Of a DNA stretch of 64,000 nucleotides, positions 1 to 8,838 are shown one piece after another (the stretch's first letter is position 1; every line of letters begins with the position of its first letter). The DNA is from Tricharina praecox. Taxonomy: Eukaryota. Under the pieces are notes generated by a model. That model saw only the letters and a program-made list of their open reading frames with translations. It was not told the DNA's origin and searched no databases. The stretch covers positions 248,001 to 312,000 of the forward strand of contig NW_026250415.1 in NCBI RefSeq assembly GCF_024521635.1. The letters run 5' to 3'. The position numbers were made by a program, and so were the translations under genes.

Positions 1-2193
1 GCTCTCGCCTCCGGTGCTGATTGATGAAACTCTCGAATCGTCGCCTGCAAAGTGTGATTTATGCAGGATCGTCGTAATCGGCTGATCTTCACCCCCCCCT
101 TTTTCAGGGCGGTACTCCGGGCGCCTGGATAATGCGTCAGGCTTGCCGTTCTGGCTGCCGGGCCGGTAGTAGATTTTGAAGTCGATGCCAGCGAGTTCTT
201 GTGCCCATCTCGCCTGCCGTCGATTGAGTACTTTCGTGGTTGTGAAGTACTCAAGGTTCTGGTGGTCGCTGTACACCTGGATCTGGTGTTTTCCTCCCTC
301 AAGGTATTGCCGCCAGCGTTTGAAAGAGTCTACTATCGCGAGTAGTTCCTTATCGTGAATCTCAAAGTTGATTTCGGCAGGGGTAAACTTTCTTGAGTGG
401 AACGCAACTGGGTGTAACTTCCCATCCTCTGTCCTTTGAGACAGGACCGCGCCCAACGCGAAGTCCGAAGCGTCGGATTCCACCATGACAGGTAATTCTG
501 GGTTGAAGTGCCCGAGAATCGGTGCCGTGGTGAACCTAGACTTCAGCTCCTCGAAGGCCAGTTCCATCTCCGCTGTCCATCTCCAATCCTTCCCTTTTTC
601 TTTTGTGCTCTCGGTCAAGGGTCTCGTGATCTTTGAAAAATCCTTGATGAAGCGCCTGTAAAAATTGGCGAACCCAAGAAAGGCTTGTACTTCCTTCAGG
701 GACCGCGGCGCCTCCCATGAGAGCACAGATTCCACCTTGTCCTTAGCCATCTCAATTCCATCTTGGGATATCACGTATCCTAGGAACTCGACTCTCCCTG
801 TCGACCAGACACACTTCTCTGGTGGGATTGCCAACTTATTTTCTTCCAACCTTTTTAGTACCTCGATGACTATCTTGTCATGCTCCTCGTGCGTCTTCGC
901 ATAGATGAGGAGGTCATCGATGTACGCGACCAGTCCCAGGTCCAACATATCCCGAAATATGTGGTTAATCATGTCCTGAAACGTCGCTGGAGCGTTGGTC
1001 AGCCCAAACGGCATGACCAAAAACTCAAACAGTCCGTATCGACAGCGGAAAGCCGTCTTCCACTCGTCACCTTCTTTGATGCGGATAAGGTGATAGCCAT
1101 TCTTCAGATCAATCTTGGTGAAGACTTTCGCACCCCTGACTCGGTCTTGCAACTCTGCCATGATCGGGAGTGGGTAGCGATTGGCTACGGTAATCTTGTT
1201 GATACCGCGATAGTCGACACACAATCGGAGACCCCTGCCGTGCGCCTTTGGTACAAATAATATCGGCGCCCCGGCTGGTGATTTGGATCTTCGAATCTTG
1301 CCTGTCTGGAGCATCTCCTTGAGCCACTCCCTGAGGGCCTCAAGTTCTTTCTCTGACAGGGCATAGATAGGACCCCATGGAGGAGTCTCTCCTTCCTTGA
1401 GATCGATTGCGTGGTCGTAGGACTTGTGGTCGGGAAGCTTATCGGCTGCTTCCTTGCTCATGATGTTGGCATATCGTCTGAATTTCTCCGGAAGCAGATT
1501 CATGGGTGGATCTGATTCCGGCCCAGCTGAGACGTATCCAATAATGCGAGCCTCCGAATTGTGAATGACAGACGTGTCAAGTTCCATCGGAAAGCTGGTT
1601 GCTTGTTGCAAGGTGCATTGTTCCTTGCATCGGGTGCTGGTGAAGCGAATTTTCTGTGCTTCATTCTTCCACAACCCTGTCGGTTCATGCTTAGCCATCC
1701 ACCAATACGGGAGGTAGGCATCGCAGTCGTCCAAGGGAGCCACTTCGAAGGTTTCGTTGGTGTAGTGGCTCCGGTGTTGAAGGAGCATCGGCATTGTATA
1801 ATATTCCCCGGCTCCTTCCACTATGGTTCCGTGGAAGTCCTTGATTTCCACCGGCTTGGGTCGTTGAATGAGGGGCAACCCAAGTTCTCGTGCAAGGCTT
1901 CGTTTGATGATCGGAATGGCACATCCTGTGTCAAGGAGTACTCGGATCCGTCGTCGCTTGTGCTCAGACCAGAGGAGCATCATTTCTATGATTGGTCGTG
2001 GTCCGCTGACAGGTTTTGGGGGCTCACACCCTGAGGCGCTCGGCGCGGTTGGACTCGTAGAAATAGGTTGGTCCGTTCGTCTTCGCTTATCTCTGGATTC
2101 GCTGTCGATATCCTGAGGCCGTGGTCTCTTCGTTCCGCAAACATATACACTTGGCCGTCCAGTCTGCGGAGTGCTGGGGCCGCTCAAAAATCC
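1..2193 (-). CDS. pol: Pol (aspartic protease, reverse transcriptase, RNase H), partial; -1 frame relative to gag
   Basis: Manual translation gives RIRVLLDTGCAIP (protease, ~1915-1950), VAYIDDLLIY (RT, 901-930), VESDASDFALGAVLSQ (RNase H, ~435-485) and DFKIYYRPGSQNGKPDALSR (~125-185). PR, RT and RNase H motifs were checked to share one frame. It is absent from the ORF track, presumably because no stop occurs before the window edge. Confidence 0.95.
2134..2193 (-). promoter_or_regulatory. Putative -1 programmed ribosomal frameshift signal (G GAU UUU plus downstream pseudoknot)
   Basis: Gag ends GAG GAT TTT TGA. The -1 frame is open into the protease. Stem GGCC-CCAG/CTGG-AC-GGCC follows, and the loop TCCGCA pairs with downstream TGCGGA. 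Confidence 0.75.
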
Positions 2194-4187
2194 TCCGGCT
2201 CACTCTCATTCCTTTCCCAGAATGGAGGGGCCTCCGTCATTGCTTCATCCTCCACCACAACCGCCGCAGCCTTGTGTTGCTTGGACCTCGGTCGAGTGGG
2301 TTCGGCATCCTGGGTGTCCCGCTTTCTCTTTGTCACGGATGACACCTTTGGACTCTCGGGGAGTTCGGTACCCGCGACTGTTTTTCTGGCGTAGCATTGG
2401 AAGGTTCGGTGGCCGTCTCGTCCGCAACGCCAACAGTCGCACTTGGATGCTTTGTGGGCATCGATCTCCTTCTGGGGAACCCCTACCAGAGCCTCCTTTG
2501 CTCCTGCGTAGATGTCCCCTTCCCTTGTCCTTCCCTTCCTGACTCCTGTTGCTTCCTTGGCCTTTCGGCCCTCCGGGGACTCCCCGCTTTCCTTGCGGCC
2601 CCCGGGGTCTCTTCCCTTTCCTTGGCCCTGCCGGCCGTTGCCAGGTCCCTTCCGGTCGCCGCCGGAACCCTGGCTACCCGATCCCCCTTTCCTCATTGCC
2701 CTTGCCTTTTTCAGCGCGTCCCGTCGTTCCACATGGTTGCCAGCCCTGAGCACCGTTTCCAGGAAGTCTTCATCGTCTTCGTAGGGTTCGGTGTGCTGGT
2801 TGAAGCACATATCAACGATGTCGGTAGTCATGGCCTGGTTGACTATGTCTTGTAGCGGTTCGCCGGTGGCGCGAGCGATCATGTTGAGCGATCGGAAGGA
2901 GGTCATGTAAGCCTGAATGTCTCCTTTGTATTCGAGGGCCCACATCCTTCTTAATGCGTTCGCTCCTTCCTGCGTGTCGCGGTACGCCTCCTTGAGTGCC
3001 TCTTGGTACGCCTGCCAGGTATCTTCCAAGTGTAGCTGCCTCAGGCTTTTTCGACGGGCCTGATCCCATTCTGCCGCTGTCCCTTCCAGTCGGGATCCCA
3101 CCCACGCTATCTTCTGCTGCTCGTTTGTCTCTGGGTGGAACTCAAGATATTCTTCAACTGAGTCCCACCATGGACGGAAGGCTGTTCTTTGCTTGCCATC
3201 GAACGGCTTGGGCTCTTTCATTTTAAGCTTGATGGCCCTCGGGTTCGATGCGGAGACGGCAGCAGCGATGATCCGAGCGAAGCGACTCTCTTCGTCTTCG
3301 TCGTCTTCTCTTGGTAGCGGAGCGTGTCGGTGACGGGGCGGCGAACGACGCGGCAAGGGGATGGAATCGTCATCATCCGATGGTTCCTCATCCGAGGGAT
3401 CACCTCCAAGGTTAGTCACCGGACGTCTTGGGGGTGGAGCAGGAGGGGACATTCCTGCACCTGCCAGAGTTTCCCTTGTTGCTGATCTTTCTGCCCGCGA
3501 TCCTCCTCTTGGGGTAGTGTTTACCCACTCCGGGGCCTTTTCCTTCGCCTTCCCTGTCCTTACCTCTACAGCCTTCAATTTTTTCTCTGCTCGAGCGATT
3601 TTTTCCTTGATTCGCTGTTGCTCCTTGTAGAGGTATTCTGCCTTCTCTTCCTGTTTCCCTGCCCAAATTTCCACGTTGCGGTTGTACACCGCTTGCTCCC
3701 TGCGTTGTTCGACTTGCGCCGTTTCGAGGAACACGATGGCGTCTTGTAGCCGAGCGTTTGCGACGCTTTGCAACTCGCGGTTGTCTTCGTCTTTCTGGTT
3801 ACGTTCTCGAATGACTGCCCATACGTCGCTGCTCAGGGCGTGCGTCGCGTTCGCTACCGTTGACAGCTCGGTTCGAAGCCATTCTGTATTCATTTCGGCA
3901 TTGTGAGCGTAGAGGTTGTACACATACTTGACCCCATCGCAGAGTTGTTCGTAGTTCCTTCTGATTTCCTGCATTCGGGAGTCCTCTTCGTTGAACTTCT
4001 GATCGCATGCTTGGTAAAGCTGGCGCAGGTCTCTTTGTGCCGTTTGGTATTGGTGGTTCATCAGCCTGAGCCAGGCTGCCGGGTTTCGTACTTCGACGGT
4101 TTCGGATGCTTGCGGGATGCTAACGAGCGCATTGCTCAGGGTCTGAGGAAGTTCGAGGCGGAGCATGTCGAGGTTTGAGGAGGACAT
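2184..4187 (-). CDS. gag: Gag (667 aa) with N-terminal coiled-coil-like region, capsid and CCHC zinc knuckle
   Basis: ORF starts 40 nt after the LTR. It contains EPKPFDG..W..EEYL capsid-like motifs and CWRCGRDGHRTFQC (CX2CX4HX4C). Confidence 0.93.
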   Translation of the reverse strand: MSSSNLDMLRLELPQTLSNALVSIPQASETVEVRNPAAWLRLMNHQYQTAQRDLRQLYQACDQKFNEEDSRMQEIRRNYEQLCDGVKYVYNLYAHNAEMNTEWLRTELSTVANATHALSSDVWAVIRERNQKDEDNRELQSVANARLQDAIVFLETAQVEQRREQAVYNRNVEIWAGKQEEKAEYLYKEQQRIKEKIARAEKKLKAVEVRTGKAKEKAPEWVNTTPRGGSRAERSATRETLAGAGMSPPAPPPRRPVTNLGGDPSDEEPSDDDDSIPLPRRSPPRHRHAPLPREDDEDEESRFARIIAAAVSASNPRAIKLKMKEPKPFDGKQRTAFRPWWDSVEEYLEFHPETNEQQKIAWVGSRLEGTAAEWDQARRKSLRQLHLEDTWQAYQEALKEAYRDTQEGANALRRMWALEYKGDIQAYMTSFRSLNMIARATGEPLQDIVNQAMTTDIVDMCFNQHTEPYEDDEDFLETVLRAGNHVERRDALKKARAMRKGGSGSQGSGGDRKGPGNGRQGQGKGRDPGGRKESGESPEGRKAKEATGVRKGRTREGDIYAGAKEALVGVPQKEIDAHKASKCDCWRCGRDGHRTFQCYARKTVAGTELPESPKVSSVTKRKRDTQDAEPTRPRSKQHKAAAVVVEDEAMTEAPPFWERNESEPEDF

Positions 4188-4212
4188 TTTCGATAGAAAT
4201 CGGTGACTGTAA

Positions 4213-4224
4213 CCTTAAGATTAT
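4213..4224 (-). promoter_or_regulatory. Primer-binding site, self-priming (Tf1-like) type
   Basis: Sense ATAATCTTAAGG lies 2 nt after the LTR and is the exact reverse complement of LTR-internal CCTTAAGATTAT (+ strand 4316-4327). It has no TGG tRNA-CCA complement. Confidence 0.75.
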
Positions 4225-4226
4225 AG

Positions 4227-4915
4227 TGTGAGACTGGGACGGGTTTGTGTCGTCGGAGTCTATAGTAAAATCGAGGATAGAATAAAAGTCAGGGATTTCG
4301 ATAATTCACAGCGGAATAATCTTAAGGGTGTTTGTTCGATGGTTTGTTCGGTGCGATGATTGTAGTTTGTTCGGTTGCCCGCTCGGTTCGACTTATAGTC
4401 GTCCCGTTCCTCAGCACGTGATTCCTCTAGAGTGCGGCCTAACGTAGCTCCGTTGCTTCCTTTGCATCGGAGTTCCGCGGCCTAGCCTTGAGTCGTCGTC
4501 AGCTCTCTTCGGATAGTCTTCTCGACTAGGCAGGTGGTAAACACCACGCGCCCAAGATAGATCGGAGTTTCCGAGCAATTATCTCCCTCATGCGCCGGCA
4601 GAGTTCTTCGCTCGAAGTTGTCTGCCCCCATCGGTCGATGTTCGATTCTCTCGTCATAACAGTTTTTTCCTGGATCGGAGTTCCTACTGCGGGGCCCTAT
4701 GATGGGAGATCTCAAAGTCCTCTGGACTGTTATCCCGATCTCCCGCATCTCCGATCACTGTCTAGACTCTGGAATCCGTTTGCTCCCTCCTTCCTATCTT
4801 GTCCTTGATCGCTTCTAACTATCCTTTCGGCTCGCAACTCTATTCTAATCACCCGAACTATCTAATCACATCTCTTGCGACCGTCGTGACCTCCGATACC
4901 TATCGGGGTGTCACA
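4227..4915 (-). repeat. 5' LTR of copy C (689 bp, TGTGA...TCACA)
   Basis: Near-identical inverted copy at 6143-6831 and direct copy at 6975-7666, with TG...CA termini. Confidence 0.97.
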
Positions 4916-4917
4916 CC

Positions 4918-6000
4918 ATGGACTTCATTACCGACCTACCGGAATCCAACGGATGCGACCAGCTATGGGTGGTCGTCGACCGCTTCACCAAGATGGCGCA
5001 TTTCATCCCCCTACCTAAGGATGGAAAGATAGCCGAGGATCTCGCGAAGATTTTTGCCCGCGAGATATGGCGCTTTCACGGATTACCGGCAGACATAGTG
5101 TCGGACCGAGACTCACGGTTTACCTCGGGTACATGGAAAGAATTCATCCGGCTGCTAGGCATTAAGCCCCGGATGTCAACAGCGTTCCACCCACAGACGG
5201 ATGGACAAACCGAACGCCTCAACCAGACGATCGAAGCATACCTCCGCTCCTTCGTCAACTACGAACAAAACGATTGGGTGAATCTCCTACCGATGGCTGA
5301 GTTTGCCTACAACAACTCGGTTACATCGGCAACCGGAATGTCGCCCTTCTATGCGAATTTCGGATACCACCCGTCGGCGACAAACCCTGCTGCGGCAAAT
5401 TCTCTCAACCCCGCCAGCAAGGTCTACGCTCACTGGATGCATACAGTCCACGAGGAAAACATCAAGACCCTCGAACGAACGCGCGAACGAATGCGCAAGT
5501 ATGCAGATCAACATCGTCAGGAGGCACCGGCTTATCAAGTAGGAGACTTGGTAATGCTCAATGGGCGGAACATTCAAACCCGCCGACCCTCGCGGAAGTT
5601 GGACCACAAGAACCATGGTCCCTTCCAAATCGAGAAGATCGTATCGCCGCTCGCTGTCAAGCTCACTCTGCCAAGGAAGTGGAAGATTCATAATGTCTTT
5701 CACGTCTCGCTCGTTGAACCGTTCCGAGCCGGCGCCCGAGCACCACCGGATCCCTCTCAAATCTTACGAGAGGCCGATGATGTGGAAGGCAACGAAGAAT
5801 ACGACGTCGATGAGGTTATGGGCAGCTCGAAGAAAGGTCGACGAGTGCTCTACCTCGTCAAATGGCTCAACTACCCCGAACGACGGGACTGGACGAAGGA
5901 GCCATTCGACAACTTCTCAGTAGGCGGTCGCGAAAAGCTACGCGAGTTTCATCGCAAAAATCCCGATGCGCCGAGGGACTACCGGCTCACAGATGAGTAA
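4918..6000 (+). CDS. pol: Integrase core (DDE), GPY/F motif and chromodomain; C-terminal fragment of pol
   Basis: MDFITDLP, IVSDRDSRF, HPQTDGQTERLNQ, HGPFQI, IHNVFHVSL, and EEYDVDEV...YLVKWLNY chromodomain. Confidence 0.96.
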   Translation: MDFITDLPESNGCDQLWVVVDRFTKMAHFIPLPKDGKIAEDLAKIFAREIWRFHGLPADIVSDRDSRFTSGTWKEFIRLLGIKPRMSTAFHPQTDGQTERLNQTIEAYLRSFVNYEQNDWVNLLPMAEFAYNNSVTSATGMSPFYANFGYHPSATNPAAANSLNPASKVYAHWMHTVHEENIKTLERTRERMRKYADQHRQEAPAYQVGDLVMLNGRNIQTRRPSRKLDHKNHGPFQIEKIVSPLAVKLTLPRKWKIHNVFHVSLVEPFRAGARAPPDPSQILREADDVEGNEEYDVDEVMGSSKKGRRVLYLVKWLNYPERRDWTKEPFDNFSVGGREKLREFHRKNPDAPRDYRLTDE

Positions 6001-6128
6001 GAGTTTTTTCCCATGTGGTTTTTCTCGAACTCGGGCAGGTAGTAGGATGAAGGGGTTGGAGGACTTCATCCACAGTTATCAAGTTAGGATAAAGGCGAGG
6101 ACTTGGGTGCTTCGGGCCGAAGCCTCGT

Positions 6129-6142
6129 GGGAGGGGAGATGG
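6129..6142 (+). promoter_or_regulatory. Polypurine tract
   Basis: GGGAGGGGAGATGG immediately precedes the TGTGAC start of the 3' LTR. Confidence 0.9.
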
Positions 6143-6831
6143 TGTGACACCCCGCTAGGTATCGGAGGTCACGACGGTCGCAAGAGATGTGATTAGATAG
6201 TCCGGGTGATTATAATAGAGTTGCGAGCCGAAAGGATAGTTAGAAGCGATCAAGGACAAGATAGGAAGGAGGGAGCAAACGGATTCCAGAGTCTAGACAG
6301 TGATCGGAGATGCGGGAGATCGGGATAACAGTCCAGAGGACTTTGAGATCTCCGATCATAGGGCCCCGCAGTAGGAACTCCGATCCAGGAAAAAACTGTT
6401 ATGACGAGAGAATCGAACATCGACCGATGGGGGCAGACAACTTCGAGCGAAGAACTCTGCCGGCGCATGAGGGAGATAATTGCTCGGAAACTCCGATCTA
6501 TCTTGGGCGCGTGGTGTTTACCACCTGCCTAGTCGAGAAGACTATCCGAAGAGAGCTGACGACGACTCAAGGCTAGGCCGCGGAACTCCGATGCAAAGGA
6601 AGCAACGGAGCTACGTTAGGCCGCACTCTAGAGGAATCACGTGCTGAGGATCGGGACGACTATAAGTCGAACCGAGCGGGCAACCGAACAAACTACAATC
6701 ATCGCACCGAACAAACCATCGAACAAACACCCTTAAGATTATTCCGTTGTGAATTGTCGAAATCCCTGACTTTTATTCTATCCTCGATATCACCACAGAC
6801 TCCGACGGCACCAACCCGTCCCAGTCTCACA
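6143..6831 (+). repeat. 3' LTR of copy B (689 bp); TATA-like TATAAG at 6661
   Basis: Reverse complement of 4227-4915 with few substitutions; TG...CA termini. Confidence 0.97.
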
Positions 6832-7666
6832 GGTTTCGTACTTCAACGGTTTCGGATGCTTGGGGATGCTAACGAGCGCGTTGCTCAGGGTCTGAGGAAG
6901 TTCGAGGCGGAGCATGTCGAGGTTTGAGGAGGACATTTCGATAGAAATTGGTGACTGTAACCTTAAGATTATAGTGTGAGACTGGAACGAGTTTGTGTCG
7001 TCGGAGTGTATGGCATTATCGAGTGTAGAATAAAAGTCAGGGATTTCGATAATTCACAACGGAATAATCTTAAGGGTGTTTCTTCGATGGTTTGTTCGGT
7101 GCGATGATTGTGTTTTTTGGTTCGGTTGCCCGCTCGGTTCGGCTTATAGTCGTCCCGATCCTCAGCACGTGGTTCGTCTAGAGTGCGGCCTAACGTAGCT
7201 CCGTTGCTTCCTTTGCATCGGAGTTCCGCGGCCTAGCCTTGAGTCGCCGTCAGCTCTCTTCGGATAGTCTTCTCGACTAGGCAGGTGGTAAACACCTCGC
7301 GCTCAAGATAGATCGGAGTTTCCGAGCAATTATCTCCCTCATGCGCTGGCAGAGTTCTTCGCTTGAAGTTCTCTGCCCCCATCAGTCGATGTTTGATTCT
7401 CTCGTCATAACAGTTTTTCCCTGGATCGGAGTTCCTACTGCGGGGCCCTATGAACGGAGATCTCAAAGTCCTCTGGACTGTTATCCCGATCACCCGCATC
7501 TCCGATCACTGTCTAGACTCTGGAATCTGTTTGCTTCCTCCTTCCTATCTTGTCCTTGATTGCTTCTCACTATCCCTTCGGCTCGCAACTCTATTCTAAC
7601 CACCCGAACTATCTAATCACATCTCTTGCGACCGTCGTGACCTCCGATACCTTTCGGGGTGTCACA
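6832..7666 (-). mobile_element. Ty3/Gypsy copy A (oldest): 5' LTR 6975-7666, PBS and first ~35 codons of gag, interrupted by copy B
   Basis: 6832-6974 matches 4082-4226 (gag start at 6936) with two 1-nt deletions. The LTR is more diverged than B or C. Confidence 0.95.
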
Positions 7667-8838
7667 CCCCTACCGTGTATGCGCCCTGTACCTGACATGG
7701 CGATGAATATGCCTGCCATAGGCGCATCCTCATGAAACTCTTATAAGCTCATCAGGCGTCACAGTTAGTAGGTTTTGCTGAGAACGTATGACTCGGAATG
7801 CATTTTCACGGTACTTATGATTGTTGAAGGCTGATGCATCCATATGACCAAGAATTTGAAAACCCCGACCAAGACTTATTGTACGGTAAGTTACATTGAA
7901 AACAAATACTGATGTTAGTAAAGATTTCTTATCGGGGAGTCAATCAAAATCGCCCTCATCTAAGGCTGCTGTAATGCCGTTGGCTTATTACATAGCTCTA
8001 GATGGTATATATAGGACCTACCGCCGTGATGAAAAGCATACGCATCAGGTATCCATCACAACACTCCTATTTTGCAAAGTTGTAAACATCAGCACTGCGA
8101 CACTTCCGGAGCTTCCCCCCCATGGCAAAGACAGGCGTCATCGGTTACGCCTATAAGAGTACATTCCCTCACGTCAAACCCGACCACCGCCAACCTCAAA
8201 ATATTCGACTTCCCACTTGACAGTCGCAGGGATTTTCATAGCACGATCCAGCTGAAACTCGCGGCGCTACCGCAGAAAATAGCTATCAGGCGAAGGCGAA
8301 TACACACATTCCCTCAGCGTGACTCCGGGGCGCTGGTTCTTCGCGAGACGGCGGTCAGGGTTGACGGCGGTCCATCAGCTTTGGATGTTTTGTCGTAAAG
8401 CCGACACGGCGAACGCCTATCAGCCGTCCCGCAAGTCTATAGCGACCGCAATTTGGACACCTCGGCTGCATGATTGGTGGGGAGTAGAACGTAGTATCTG
8501 CTTGCTGCTCGTTAGAACATACCAATGAGGGACAGAGAACCCGCGACCGTGCATGCATAGTCATGCACGTCCAATTTGCTGAATGACTGGATGAAGCGGG
8601 GTAAGAAAGGACGTGTGAAAACCGTTGAAACTTGCTAAGCAGCCTTCAACGATCAATCCCAACTATCGAGCAAACCCGCGATTTTCAGACCGAATTACCG
8701 TCCACGTTAAGAGGTGAGCATACTGCCTGCTTGTCCTGGCCAACCCAACATCTCCAGCGGCAGTCGAAGCCTACCTAAAGCATCGATCGAACAAGGACGC
8801 GCGACTATATATCCGACCGTCACCGCTGCCTGCGCAAC

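Larger units (their letters stand above)
1..4915 (-). mobile_element. Ty3/Gypsy LTR retrotransposon copy C (youngest; 5' LTR, gag and pol; 3' part lies left of the window)
   Basis: 5' LTR at 4227-4915, then PBS region, gag ORF and an uninterrupted pol frame with PR, RT and RNase H motifs running off position 1. Confidence 0.97.
4916..6831 (+). mobile_element. Ty3/Gypsy copy B, 3' part (integrase-chromodomain, PPT, 3' LTR), interrupted by copy C
   Basis: Integrase begins abruptly mid-domain at the LTR C edge (CCATG GAC = ..S-M-D-F-I-T-D-L-P) and is followed by a PPT and LTR. Confidence 0.95.

Noticed and set aside
6001..6128. env-like third ORF
   Set aside because: Only ~130 bp separate the pol stop and the PPT.
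4482..7559. Repeated 72- and 88-aa ORFs (MREIGITV..., MRRQSSSL...)
   Set aside because: They lie within the LTRs and recur only because the LTR recurs. No recognisable domain.
7667..8800. Partner effector gene for the NLR
   Set aside because: No recognisable HeLo, SesB, PNP_UDP or gasdermin-like ORF and no matching motif were visible.
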